A stretch of DNA of 64,000 nt, taken from NCBI RefSeq assembly GCF_004010195.1, contig NC_057720.1, forward strand, positions 11,968,543 through 12,032,542. Reading direction: 5' to 3'. Shown here piece by piece: positions 1 through 12,190 of this stretch. The position numbers and the translations under genes were made by a program. The notes beneath the pieces were generated by a model that saw only the letters and a list, made by a program, of their open reading frames with translations, was not told the DNA's origin and ran no database searches. Every line of letters begins with the position of its first letter. Positions within the stretch are counted from its first letter, which is position 1. The DNA comes from Chiloscyllium plagiosum. Its lineage: Eukaryota.

Positions 1-690
1 TCATAACGGTCTGGGCTGTGGATACAACTTTCTATGGTTTCTTACGGTCCTGGGCAGAGCAGTGGCCATACCAGATCATTATGCACCCAGATAGAATGCT
101 TTCTATGGTGCATCTGTAAAAGTTGGTGAAGGTCCTTGTGAACATGTCAAATTTCCTGAGCCACCTCAGGAAGGAGAGGTGTTGTTGTGCCTTCTTGACT
201 GTCACATTTACATGGGAAGCCCAAGGCAGATTGTTGGTGATTGTCACACCCAGCAACTTGATGCTCTCGACCCTCTACGTCAGCTCTGTTGATGTAGATG
301 GAGGCGTGTCCTCCTCCTTCCTGAAAGTATCAGGGTTTTTTTTGTTTCGCTGACATTGACAGAGAGATTGTTATCATTGCACCATCCCTACCGTATTTTG
401 ACTCATCATTGTTTGATATCCGGCCTAACACGGCGGTGCCATCAGCAAATGTGTAGATGGTGATGGTATGAAATTTGGCCACACTGTCGTGAGTGTACAG
501 GGAATACAGTAGGGGACAGAGTACACATCCTTCCAGCACACCGGTGCTGAGGATTTTTGTGGTGGAGGTTTGTTGCCTATCTTCACTGTGTGTCAGGAAG
601 CTAAGGATCCAGGTGCAGAGGGCGGAGCCCAGGCTGAGATTAGTTTGGTTGGGATTAGAATGTTGAAGGGGGAGTTGTAATCCCAATTGA
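1..690 (-). mobile_element. Degraded Rex1/Babar-type LINE, reverse transcriptase C-terminal fragment
   Basis: Frameshifted ORFs give LSTGV..GCVL.PLLYSLYTHD..FADGT and KKAQQHLSFLR.LRKF..TNFYRCTIESILSGCI..WYG. Confidence 0.85.
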
Positions 691-1282
691 TCACTATTGA
701 TTCTCTCAGGCTGACCTTTGTCTATTCCTTTGTCTCTCTATCCGGGCTCCATAACCACCTGTCATTTACCTTTTCTCCCCTCACCCAATCTTCCGCATGT
801 ACAAAACCTTCTTCCTAGCTCCTATCAGGGCCACTGGACTTGAAACATCCCTCAGGTAAGGGAACCAAAATTGTATGCAGTAGTGTCGGTGTGGTTTCAA
901 TAATGCCTTGTTCAGTTGCAGCATTATTTCCCTCCTTTTATCCTCTATACCTTGAGCAAAAATGCCAAAATTCCATTCACTTCCTTATTATCTGCTGTAT
1001 CCACATACTAGTTTTCTGCAATTCATGTAGGATGATACCCAGATTTCTTACATCCAAGTCATTAATGTAGTTGTAAATAGTCGTGGCCCAAGGACTGAAC
1101 CCCCTGTGACCACCCCATCAGTGACATCTTTTGTATGTTTCAATGGGGCTGTACTCACTGGGGTTTACATTGAAAATTGGAGCACGAATAGGCCATTTGG
1201 TGCTTTGAGACTGCTGTGCCATTCAACATGATCATAGCTGATCCTCTATCACAATGCCATTTTCCCCTTTTTATCCCAAAAC

Positions 1283-1582
1283 TTAGATTACTTACAGTGT
1301 GGAAACAGGCCCTTCAGCCCAACAAGTCCACACTGACCCACCAAAGCATAGCCCACCCAGACCCATTCCCCTAACTCTACAGGCAACTTAGCATGGCCAA
1401 TTCACCTAACCTTCTTACAAGCCTGCACATCTTTGGACTGTGGGAGGAAGCCAGAGCACCCGGAAGAAACCCAAGCAGACACAGGGAGAATGTACAAACT
1501 CCACACAGACAGTTTCCTGAGGTGGGAATTGAACCCAGGTCTCTGGTGCTGTGAGCCAATAGTGCTGACCACTGTGCTACCC
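1283..1582 (-). mobile_element. HE1-like tRNA-derived V-SINE
   Basis: tRNA-like head, V-domain core (gtgtggagtttg.acattctcc.tgtgtctgc.tgggtttc), CR1-derived tail ending in (taatc)n. Confidence 0.88.
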
Positions 1583-1715
1583 CTCCAGATGCTTTTAAAA
1601 TCTCAAAAATCTATCTATCTTGAATATGTTCAGTGACTTGACCTCCAGGACATTCTGTCATACAGAATTTCACTGTTTCCCCAGTCTTTGAAAGAAGAAA
1701 TCTTTATGTCCATCA

Positions 1716-2025
1716 GTAGGTCAGTGATTAGCACTGCTGCCTCACAGTGCCAGGGACCCAGGTTCGATTCCAGCCTTGATGACTGTCTGTGTGGAGTCTG
1801 CACATTCTCCTCATGTCTGCATGGGTTTCCTCCACATGCTCTGGTTTCCTCCCACACTCCAAAGATGTGCAGGTTAGGTGAATTGGCCATGCTAAATTAC
1901 CCATAGTGTTAGGTGTATTAGTCAGAGGGAAAGGGGTCTGGGTGGTTTACACTTCGGGGGGTCGGTGTGGACTTGTTGGGCTGAGTAGCTGTTTCCACAC
2001 TGTATGGAATCGAATCTAATCTAAT
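1716..2025 (+). mobile_element. HE1-like V-SINE
   Basis: Same head/core/tail as the neighbouring copy, opposite orientation. Confidence 0.88.
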
Positions 2026-2199
2026 CATAAAAGATCTGCACCATTTCCTGAGACAGTGGAGCCTGGTTCTCAACTCCCCCAGCCCTCGCATTCTTCCAAA
2101 CTCCAGTGAATACAGGTGTACTTCAGACCAGTCGACATCATCTCAGAGTTAGGAGGCAATGGCCCAGTGGAATTATTTGCTGGACTGTTAAGCCAGAGA

Positions 2200-2293
2200 G
2201 GAGAAAGTGAGGACTGGAGATCAGAGTCATTGATTCTCCTGCTCCTCAGATGCTGCCTGACTTGCTGTGCTTTTCCAGCACCACACTCTTTGA
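2200..2293. mobile_element. Short PLE-end insertion with inverted fragment
   Basis: PLE terminal sequence in both orientations, flanked by ctgt(t/a)aa(g/t)ccagaga at 2185-2199 and 2294-2308. Confidence 0.7.
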
Positions 2294-3254
2294 CTGTAAA
2301 TCCAGAGACTCAGGTGATATTCTGGGGACCCACGTTCAAATCCTGCCATGGCAGATGGTGGAAAGTGAATCTAATAATTTTTTAAGTCTGGAATTAAGAG
2401 TCTAAAGACTCTGATTCACAACCTGCCATCCTTACCTGGTCTGGCCTATATGTGACTCCAGACCCACAGCAATGTGGTTGACTCTTAACTGCCCTCTGAG
2501 CAATTAGGGATGGGCACTAAATGCTGCCCTAGTGACACTCTCATCCCGTGTCTGAATTTAAAAAGTCAAACCAGAATAGTCTTTTTATCCCAAGTATCAG
2601 CCTAGTGAACCAAGAATAATAATAATTAGAAGAATGGGAGGCAACCTTGTTGAATCTTGTCAGATTCTGAGGGGGTTTGACAGGACAGAGGTCGTTTCCC
2701 CTCATGACGGAGTCTCAAACCTGGGGACACCATCTCAGATTAAGAACACAGAGCTGAAAACTTTCCTCTCTCAGTGGCTACTAAATCTGTAGGATTCTTT
2801 CCACAGAGGGTCACAGAGGCTGGGTTGTTAAGTATCTTCAAGACAAAGTTTAATCAGCAAGAGAATCAAGAGTTAAGGCATTGTAGTAGATTTGAGGATT
2901 ATCAGATCAGCTGTGAATTCATTGAACGTTGCATTGAATCCGAGTTATGTGATAGTCTCTTGCCAGCCCTGAGGATAAACTTAATAGTCAGTATTCATTG
3001 CTGTTTAGCTACATAGAGCTGTTGACTGGTACTTAAAAACTGAATAGCTTCTCCCAGGCTATGCCCGTTATACCCTAATGGGTGGAGCTTATTAGACGAT
3101 TACAGTTAACCCTTTCTAGTATTGACTGCTTGATACAAGTTATATTTTCCATGATCGTTTAACCAGAAATGTCTGATGTGCCACCATTGTACACCATCCC
3201 AGACAGTTGCTTAACAGCATTATCTCAGGAAGATAAAATTAGCCAGGTCGGTAT

Positions 3255-3490
3255 GGCAGTGGAGTACTGAGGGAGTACTGTCATGTCAGAGGTGCAGTCT
3301 GTCATGTGGACCATCACCTGGTGTCTCCAGCAGAGATCAGAGACTTCACGGAAGCTATTCATAGAACAGCAGGGAAATTTGCCCACTGTCCTGGACAATG
3401 TTAATCAACGTTCTGACCGTTATTTAATTGATGTCTGTGGGATCTTGCTGTGCAGGAGTTTGCTGGCACCTTTTCTAGATCACGGATAAT
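3255..3490 (+). mobile_element. Old DeuSINE (SacSINE1-like) remnant
   Basis: gtactgagggagt.ctg....gtcagaggtgc and ctgtgggatcttgctgtgc core motifs. Confidence 0.55.
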
Positions 3491-4164
3491 GCACGCATCG
3501 GGCTAGCCTGTTGTTATTGAGAGAATGCTGGCACAGAACAACCACTGTTTTCATACTCAATATGCTCACTTCACCTCATACCTAATCCAGAGTGTGAAAT
3601 ATCAGCTATTCTGACACAATGAGGTGTTATATAAATGTAAGAATTGTTGCACTGTAATAGTTGATCATTGCGTGGCTCAGGATCTGCTACTTGATAATAT
3701 AAATTATGCCAAATGAGAGGATGTAAATCTAATGAATAAGTACACACCAAATGCCAAATGTTTTAAGAATGGACGTGCTGGATCGAAGGGTCTGTTTCCA
3801 TGCTGTACATCTCTATGACTCTAATTGTTATCATATCTTGGAAGAATGAGACAACCAAACTGGGTATTTTAGCACATTCTGTGCCCATCTCAGAAGGTGC
3901 CCCATTGTGTGCCACTCAGTGATTGGCTGAGGACAGTAAATGGGCAGAGAGAAGCTTGAGAATGTGTCACCTCTTTATCATATTGACCGGGTTAAAGCAT
4001 GAGCTCTGGCATTGAAATGCGAGTGATCTGCATTTATATAGCACCGCTCAGCTAGTAACCACAGAATGGCTCGAAATATTTTCACAACAAGCAAAGTATT
4101 TCTGCAACATAGTCATTCTCATTGGGATTTGCGCACATACATGTTTTACAGATTGCAATGAAGG

Positions 4165-5105
4165 GTGTGAAAAAAGGAGGTATGGTTAGTAAGTTTGCAG
4201 ATGACACCAAATTAATGCTGTAGTGTACAGTGAAGAAGGTTACCTCAAATTACAATTGGATCTTGATCAGATGGGCCAATGAGCAAAGGAGGGGCAGATA
4301 GAGTTTAATTTAGCCAAATGTGAGGTGCTGCATTTTGGAAAGGTAAACCAGGCAGGACTTATACAGTTAATGGTGAGGTCCTGAAATGTGTTGCTGAACA
4401 AACAGACCTTGGAATGCAGGTTCATAGTTCCATGAAAGTGGAGTTGCAGGTAGATAGGATAGTGAAGAAGGCATTTGGTATGCTATCCTTTATTGGTTAG
4501 TGGATTGAGGATAGGATTTGGGAGGTCATGTTGTGGCTGTACAGGACATTGATTAGGCCACTATTGAAATACTGCATTCAATTCTAGTCTCCCTGCTATA
4601 GGAAGGATGTTGTGAAACTTGAAAGGGTTCAGAAAAGATTTACAAGGATGTTGCCAGGGTTGGAGGACTGAGCTAGAGGGAGAGCCTGAATAGGCTGGGG
4701 CTGTTTTCCATGGAGCGTCGGAGGCTGAGGGGTGACCTTATAAAGAGGTTTATAAAATCATGAGGGGCACGGACAGGGTGAATAGACAAAGTATTTTCCC
4801 CAGGGTAGTGGGAGTCTAAAACTAGAGGGCATAGGTTTAGGATGAGAGGGGAAAGATATAAAAAGGACATAAGGGGCATCTTTTTCATGCAGAGGGTGGT
4901 GTGTGTATGGAATGAGCTGCCAGAGGAAGTGGCAGAGGCTGGTACAATTACAACATTTAAAAGGCAGATGGATGGGTATATGAATAGGAAGGGTTTAGAG
5001 GGATATGGGCCAAATGCTGATAAATGGGACTACAGCAGTTTAGGATAGCTGGTCGGCATGGACAAATTGGAAGGAAAAGTATTGTTTCCATGCTGTACGA
5101 CTTTG
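4165..5105 (+). mobile_element. CR1 (HER1-like) LINE 3' fragment
   Basis: FADDTK, LERVQKRFTRMLPG and FFMQRVV.VWNELP remnants, plus a CR1 3' tail. Confidence 0.9.
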
Positions 5106-5478
5106 AAAAATCCAATGGGTTTCATATTGAACGCACAGTGTGTTTCCATTCCTTGAATATAACCAAGGGAACATGACCGCCATCGGAATGTATGGAGCAG
5201 TCTTCCTCCTTCTGTCCATTCCTGGGGTAAAATATTGCAGCTGGTTAATTGATATTGTGTGACTCCCCTGAGTTCTAGTCACCAAGGCACAGGCAGGGAA
5301 CCAGGCTTTGGTAACAGTTCCGTAAAAGAGCCATGGAACTTGTCCCTTGCTTCAGAGAATTGAATTCTGAGCAAGACTTGCAAAACCTCAGTTGCTTTCA
5401 GCTTCAAAATGAGGTGGGAACATTACAGAGTTCGATTCAAAACTTTGCTTCAACCTAAATTATGCCAGTATGTCAAGG

Positions 5479-5637
5479 TCAGAGGTCACGCAACACCAGG
5501 TTTTAGTCCAACAGGTTTATTTGAAATCACAAGCTTTTGGAGCGTGCACCGTGATTTCACATAAACCTGTTGGACTATAACCTGGTCGTGTGACTTCTGA
5601 CTTTGTCCACCACAGTCCAACACCAGCATCTCCACAA
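5479..5637. mobile_element. PLE family-3 fold-back mini-insertion
   Basis: Inverted repeat at about 5479-5532 versus 5551-5601; TSD tatgtcaagg at 5469-5478 and 5638-5647. Confidence 0.75.
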
Positions 5638-5912
5638 TATGTCAAGGATCATGGGATCAAATCACAGATTTGTTTTTGAACTGATGCCAGGATGTTCCAG
5701 ACTCAAAGTTTGACAAAAAATATATTTGAACGCACCTTTAACTAGGTGCTTCATAGGGATGTCAGCAGATAAAATTTTACACTAAATCACGAGTTAATAC
5801 TCAGTCAATTAATTAAAGGTTTGGTCAAAGACACCGATTTTAAAGAACATATTTAACAAAGTTAAAAATCACACAACACCAGGTTTTCGTCCAACAGGTT
5901 TAATTGGAAGCA

Positions 5913-5947
5913 CACTAGCTTTCGGAGCGACGCTCCTTCATCAGGTG
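5913..5947 (-). ncRNA. Minimal hammerhead ribozyme (PLE family 3), intact core
   Basis: Minus strand reads cac-CTGATGA-a-ggagc-gtc-gctcc-GAAAG-CTA-gtg. Stems I and II are perfectly paired and the NUH site is CUA. It lies in an insert with TSD catatttaacaaag (5848-5861 and 5984-5997). Confidence 0.8.
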
Positions 5948-6767
5948 ATAGTGGAGGGCTACACAACACCGGCATCTCCAAATCATATTTAACAAAGGGA
6001 GTAGCAGCGAGGTTGAAGAAGTGCTTAGAATCCAGAAAGAGAGAGATAAACAGGGATTATCCAGGAATATAACATTTCTGGACTGTTACAGGGCTTGAGC
6101 AAGACTCAGAGATAGGGCAGGGTGAGGCCACTTAAGGGATTGTAACACCATGAAAGTTTTCAAATTGAAGTACTGTTATACTGGGACACAGTAGCACGGC
6201 TGACTGAACCTTGGGGTGAGTTACAACATCAGCAGGAAAAGTTCAGATGAAGCCAAATCTTTAGCCGATGCAAAACAATATTCCTTCTAGTTCTTTTTAT
6301 GTGTGAATGTGTGTATTTCAACACATGGCACCTTTACCTTATTGTGTAGTTAGATTCAAAAAGTTTTTAACTGCTCTGAAAATGACTTTCAGCCCTTTGT
6401 TCTCACTGATTACCGAGCATCTGTCTATTTTAATTCCATTTCTCAACACTTCGCCCGTTAGCCTTTTATGTTGTGGCATTTCAAGTTCTCATCTAAACAC
6501 TTAACTCTCTTGAGGGTTCTCACCTCCCCCACCAGTTTCTGACACTCTCCACCTTCTGGGTGAAAGAAAATTTCCTTAAAGCTCCTCCAAACCTCCTACT
6601 CCTGACCTTAAACTGTGTCCCTGGTTCTTCACCCCCTCTACAAAGGCAATCATTTCTCCCTATCTATACCCCTCAATTTTATACACCTTCATCAGGACCT
6701 GCCTGAGCCCTCTCAGCACAGAGGATGAGGGTCTCTTGCCTCTCCCTGGTCTTGGTAGAGAAGGTTT

Positions 6768-7082
6768 TTAGATTAGATTACATTACAGCGTGGAAACAGG
6801 CCCTTCGGCCCAACAAGTCCACACCGACCCGCCGAAGCGCAACCCACCCATACCCCTACATTTACCCCTTACCTAACACTACGGGCAATTTAGCATGGCC
6901 AATTCACCTGACCCTGCACATCTTTGTGACTGTGGGAGGAAACCGGAGCACCCGGAGGAAACCCACGCAGACACGGGGAGAACGTGCAAACTCCACACAG
7001 TCAGTCGCCTGAGGCGGGAATTGAACCCGGGTCTCTGGCGCTGTGAGGCAGCAGTGCTAACCACTGTGCCGCCGTGCCGCCC
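6768..7082 (-). mobile_element. Young, full-length HE1-like V-SINE
   Basis: CpGs retained, intact A/B boxes (tggcacagtgg, ggttcaattcc), V-domain, (taatc)n tail. Confidence 0.92.
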
Positions 7083-7571
7083 ACACGAAGGTAAGACCAT
7101 ACGATGTCGGGGCAGAGGTAGGCCATTCAGCCCTTTGAGTCTGCTCCACCAATCAATGAAGGCGAATCCCAGAGTTGCGGGGAAGTGGTCCCTAAGCGGA
7201 CACTAGCAATGGGAAGCAGTCCTGGAGAAAACTTACCTTGGAGCAACTGAGAGTTGGTGCAGAATGGACTGGAAGCTTGGAGCAGAGCTGTTGGACTGGG
7301 GGCTGGCACAGGCTGTCAGACCACGTAGGGAAGCCCCTGTTGCCCAGCTACTGCAATATAACGTGTATGTGTAATTTGTTTACCTGACTGTAACGTCAAC
7401 CCTTTCAACAATGTCTTACTTCTGTCAGGTAATGCAATTACTTTTCTTTTTATTCCTCTTTTTGTATCTAAGATGTGTACCTCGGGACTTGTACCTCGGA
7501 TGCCGCCATAAGACACAACATTGTAAATTTTTTCATGGTGCCTCTGTACTCCAGGACGTGACAATAAAGGA

Positions 7572-7785
7572 TACAGTCAGTTTATAACACAATGACTGCA
7601 TTCGTGTGCAACTCCGCATTATAGAAAAATCACACTTCAGAAACAGTGCTTAGTGTTGGAGATGTAATCGCATTACAGCTAACATGTTTTAAAAGTTCGG
7701 GCTTTAGAAACAGCATCCTCAATTCATCAATTGTGTTACAGCAAATTTGCATTAATGAAACGCCATTATGGCAGAACAATCTGTA
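7572..7785. mobile_element. Possible degraded Tigger-type MITE
   Basis: Begins ta-cagtc...ataacac and ends gccattatggcagaacaatctg-ta, an imperfect TIR with TA flanks. Confidence 0.4.
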
Positions 7786-8904
7786 TTCTCATAACCTTAG
7801 ATTTTTAATCAGTAAAGGAATTGATCTAACTCAGCTTGGAATATACTTAATAACCCAGCCTCGCCAGCCCTCTGTGATAAAGAATTCCACAGATTCCCTA
7901 CCCTCAGAAAGAGGAAATTCCTCCCCATCTCAGTTATAAACGTGAGATCCATTATTCTGAGGGATTAAGCCTTTTGGTCCTCAACTGTCCCACAAGGGGA
8001 AACAACCTTTCCACATCTTACCGGGCTGTCAAGCCTCAAAAGAATCTTGTTAATTTCAGTATTGTCTCCTCCCATTCTAAATGCCAGGACCAACCTACTC
8101 ACCCTCTCCACATAAGACAGCCCCTCCTCACCTGGGATCAGCCTAATGAACCATCTCTGAAAGACATTCTGGTGTTGGGGGCAGTCCAGAGCATCTGTCT
8201 ACTGCACTGCAAGTGTTGGGGTGAGGATGGGTTTTTGGTTTGAGCTGGGCTGGCTCTGGCCACTGACCTCAGTGAAATCCCTGAGGCCTCTTAAATGGGA
8301 CAGCTTGCAAGGATGATGGTGATGGTACCTTCTGGATTTGCTCTGCTTACGCACCTGACTCCATCCTATAGGGAACACTGCTGTATGTTAGGAGACAGGA
8401 TTCAAATGACTGAGATGGCAGAAAATAAAGCTATCGGTGAGCAATTTCAGCAGCAGATGAGCCGAGGCTGAGGTGGCAATGTTACGGAAATGGACTTGGG
8501 CACTTCTGCCAATGAGTTGATTATGGGGTCAGAAGTTCACACTGGGTCAAATAGGGTGCCAGTTGCAAGCCATGTGATTCAGCGTAAGGCAACAATGATA
8601 AGAGTTAATGGCTACATAATGTAGTTTGTGATGGGGATAGATGGCATTGGCTTTAGTTATCTCAATGTTAAGTTGTTGGAAATTTCTGCTCATTCCAAAT
8701 CTGAATGTCAGATTGTCAGTGGTGTGACAAATCAGAGGGAGTGGTGAGATGGAGGGAGATGTTAATGGTGCCATAGAGGAGGCTATTGCCAGCACACATG
8801 GAAGCAGATATTGAGCTTTTTGTTGTCACAGAAGAGATAGAAAAGGTTGAAGACAGGGGCAAGAGTAGGTCATGTACATGTGGAATGGACTAAGGGTTGT
8901 GACT

Positions 8905-9330
8905 GTAGAACATAGAAAAGTACAGCACAGAACAAGCCCTTTGGCCCATGATGTTGTGCCAAGATTTAATCCTAATGTAAAATATAATAACAACCTACGC
9001 ACCCCTCAGCTCACTGCTATCCATGTGCATGTCCAGAAGTCGCTTAAATGTCCCCTCCTTCTCTCCAGAGAGAAAAGTCCGAGCTTATTCAACCTTTCTT
9101 CATAAGGCAAGCCCTCTAGTCCAGGCAGCATCCTGGTAAACACCTTCTTTGCACCCTCTTCAAAGCCTCCGTATCTTTCCTATAGTAGGGCGACCAGAAC
9201 TGGACACAATATTCCAAGTGTGGTCTCACCAGCGACTTGTAGAGCTGCAGCAAAACCTCACGGCTCTTAAACGCTATCCCCCTGTTGATGAAAGCCTAAA
9301 CACCATATGCTTTCTTAACAACTCTATCCA
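8905..9330 (-). mobile_element. CR1 LINE 3' fragment
   Basis: Reverse complement gives LVRPHLEYCVQFWSPY-like sequence and a (ttctatg)-type tail. Confidence 0.8.
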
Positions 9331-9596
9331 ACTGAGCCAACATTTGGTAAAATACCATCTAAAGATCATTACATGATTTTAGGTTTAATGGGATCTGGAA
9401 TAATATATTAGCAAGAGTTAGGCATTGGCTAATTGACAGAAAATAAAGGATCAAATGAGCAGGTAATTTTTCCAATGCCGGAAATAAGTGAAGTGCTGGA
9501 AGGATCAGTGCAGGGAGGATTCAGTTCTTTACAGTCTCTCTCTCAATGACTTAGATGAGGGGATCAAGTACAGTGTACACATCTGGTGACCGTCTG

Positions 9597-9903
9597 GGCT
9601 GGCACTGCTACCTCACAGCACCAGGGATGGGGGTTCAATGGGGGTGACTATCTGTATGGGCTTTACATGTTGTCCCAGTGAGGGTCCCCTCTGAGTGCTT
9701 CGGTGTCCTCCCACAATCCAAAGATGTGCAGGTGAGATGGATTGGCCATGCTAAATTGCCTATAGTGTGCAGGCTCAGTGGGTTAGCTATGGGAAATGCA
9801 ATGTTTCAAGGATAGGGTGGGTCTGGGTGGGATGCTCTTCAGAGGCTTGGTGTGAACTTGATGGCATGAATGACCTGCTTCCACATTGCAGGGAATCTGT
9901 GAT
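9597..9903 (+). mobile_element. Diverged HE1-like V-SINE
   Basis: Recognisable head, V-core and tail with many substitutions. Confidence 0.75.
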
Positions 9904-10569
9904 TAAAGCTAGATGAGCAAAGTAAGCTGTGAGGGGGATGCAAGGAGTTTGGAAATTGATATAGCCTGGTTAAGTGATGAGGCAGGAAGTTGGCAGATGA
10001 ACTATAATATGGCGAAACGTGAACTCTTCCACTTTGATGGAAAAGCAGAGATTTTAAAACTTAATGCTAGCTTACATTGGTTCCTTCAGTTAAGCAATAC
10101 CCTTGTTCACCCTGGTTTTCGAATCCTTCCACGGTCTCACCCTTAGTTGTGCGAATCTCCTCAGCCTGCTGATCTGATGGGATATCTATATTCCAGGGAT
10201 TCTAGCCTTGAGCATCCCCAATTTTTGTAACTCCACCATCAGTGGCCATGGCCTTTTGCTTCTTCTCAAAATGTTCCTGCTACCTTGCACACTTCACACT
10301 TAAACCCCATTTAACCAAGCTTTTGGTCATCTGTCTGAGTATCACCTTACATGGTTCAATGCTAGTTTGCTTTATAACATTCCTGAGAAGGGCCCTAGGA
10401 TATTTTGCTTGCTAAAATCTGTAATGTAAATGCAAGTAGTCACTGCAATCAACTTCAATGATAATTCAATGGTCTCAGTGAAGCATATCCTGAGGGATGG
10501 TGTGGAGGAACCAGAGACTATATGGTATCATGAGGAACTTTGGTCTCTCAAAACTGACTCTAGATAAAA

Positions 10570-11523
10570 CCTCCATTGGACTTCCGCCACCTCCAAACGG
10601 ACCTCACCACCAGGGATATATTTCCCTCCCCACCCCTTTCCGCCTTCCGCAAAGACCGTTCCCTCCGTGACTACCTGGTCAGGTCCACGCTCCCCAACAA
10701 CCCACCCTTCCATCCTGGCACCTTCCCCTGCCACTGCAGGAATTGCAAAACCTGCGCCCACACCTCCTCCCTCACCTCCATCCAAGGCCCAAAGGAGCCT
10801 TCCACATCCATCAAAGTTTCACCTGCACATCCACTAATATCATTTATTGTATCCGTTGCTCCCGATTTGGTCTCCTCTACATTGGGGAGACTGGACGCCT
10901 CCTAGCAAAGCGCTTTAGGGAACATTCTGGGACACCCACACCAATCAACCACACCGCCCTGCGGCCCAACATTTCAACTCCCCCTCCCACGCTGCTGAGG
11001 ACATGGAGGTCCTGGGCCTCCTTCACCACCAGACGCCTGGAGGAACAACGCCTCATCCTCCGCCTCGGAACACTTCAACCCCAGGGCATCAACGTGGACT
11101 TCACCAGTTTCCTAATTTCCCCTTCCCCCACCTCACCCCAATTCCAAACTTCCAGCTCAGCACTGTCTCCATGACTTGTCCGACCTGTCTATCTTCCTTT
11201 CCACTTTCCTCTCTGACCCATCACCTTCATCCCCACCCCCATTCACCTATTGTACTCTTTGCTACCTTCCCCCACCCTACTCTCTGACCTATCACCTCTA
11301 TCCCCACCTCCATTCACCTATTGTATTCTATGCTACTTTCTCCCCACCCTCCTCTCATTTATCTCTCTACCCTGCAGGCACTCTGCCTTTATTCCTGATG
11401 AAGGGCTTTTACCCGAAATGTCGATTTTCCTGCTCTTCAGATGCTGCTTGAACTGCTGTGCTTTTCCAGCACCACTCTAATCTAGAATCTGGTTTCCAGC
11501 ATCTGCAGTCCTTGTTTTTACCT
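10570..11523 (+). mobile_element. Penelope-like element (Neptune-type) 3' part with GIY-YIG endonuclease
   Basis: GTFPCHCRNCKTC Cys-rich linker, then FTCTSTNIIYCIRCSRFGLLYIGETGRLLAKRFREH (GIY-YIG) and EEQRLILRLGTLQPQGINVDF. Hammerhead-like core at 11391-11426. Confidence 0.9.
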
Positions 11524-11884
11524 TTACTGAAATCAGTTGGGCTTTCCCTAACTTCGGTCAGGACTTCATCTTATCAGTGGTTAAAGGAGGCAGTACTTAG
11601 TGGGCTGCAGCGTACAGTGGGCATTAAGAGCTGTTTTCGTAACACCACAGAAATGTATGGCTAAGGCAACAGATGAAAAGTTCCCACATTAGGTAACTAA
11701 ACAGAACAATCAGAATTGGTGGCTCAGTGATGGAAGACCAGGAAACATGAATGAGAAAACAAATGCACATTCTTAATTTCAATCGACAGTCACATTATTA
11801 TTGTTGTAAAGTGAGTGCATATGAGAATGTTGGTGAGAATACAACTAATTAAAGCTGTATTGTCTGCTACTTGTGTGTCAACCA

Positions 11885-12190
11885 GGGCTCAGTTTGTAGC
11901 ACATTTGCCTCTGCATCACAAAGTTTCAGGTTCAATTCCTACTCCAGCACTCAAGCAGAAATCGCATGGCTGAATCTTTAATGTAGTACTGAGGGTGTGT
12001 AATGCTATTGGGAATACCAGTTTTCAGGCAAGATGTTAAACCATGCCCAATCTATTTGGTCAGATATAAAAGATCCCAAGGCACCACATCTAAGAGAAGG
12101 AGAGTTATCTCTGGTGCCGTCACCAATATTTATTCTGCGATCAATGTCCCAAAACGATTATCTGTCGTTACCTCCATTGCAGCACAGCTG
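11885..12190 (+). mobile_element. DeuSINE (SacSINE1-like) copy
   Basis: tRNA-like head followed by gtactgaggg...gatgttaaacc...gatataaaagatccca.ggcac Deu-domain-like core. Confidence 0.6.

Noticed and set aside
5040..5285. 81-aa ORF in non-repetitive-looking sequence
   Set aside because: No recognisable homology in any frame, and the ORF runs into a CR1 tail.
7010..7082. tRNA gene
   Set aside because: It is the tRNA-derived head of a SINE and continues directly into the V-domain and LINE-derived tail.
7160..7330. Possible first exon of a neighbouring gene (minus-strand aag|gtaagt donor near 7236); ZZZ3 is the downstream neighbour in mammals
   Set aside because: No CpG island or recognisable coding sequence; it is flanked by a SINE and a LINE-type tail, so it is probably repeat-derived.
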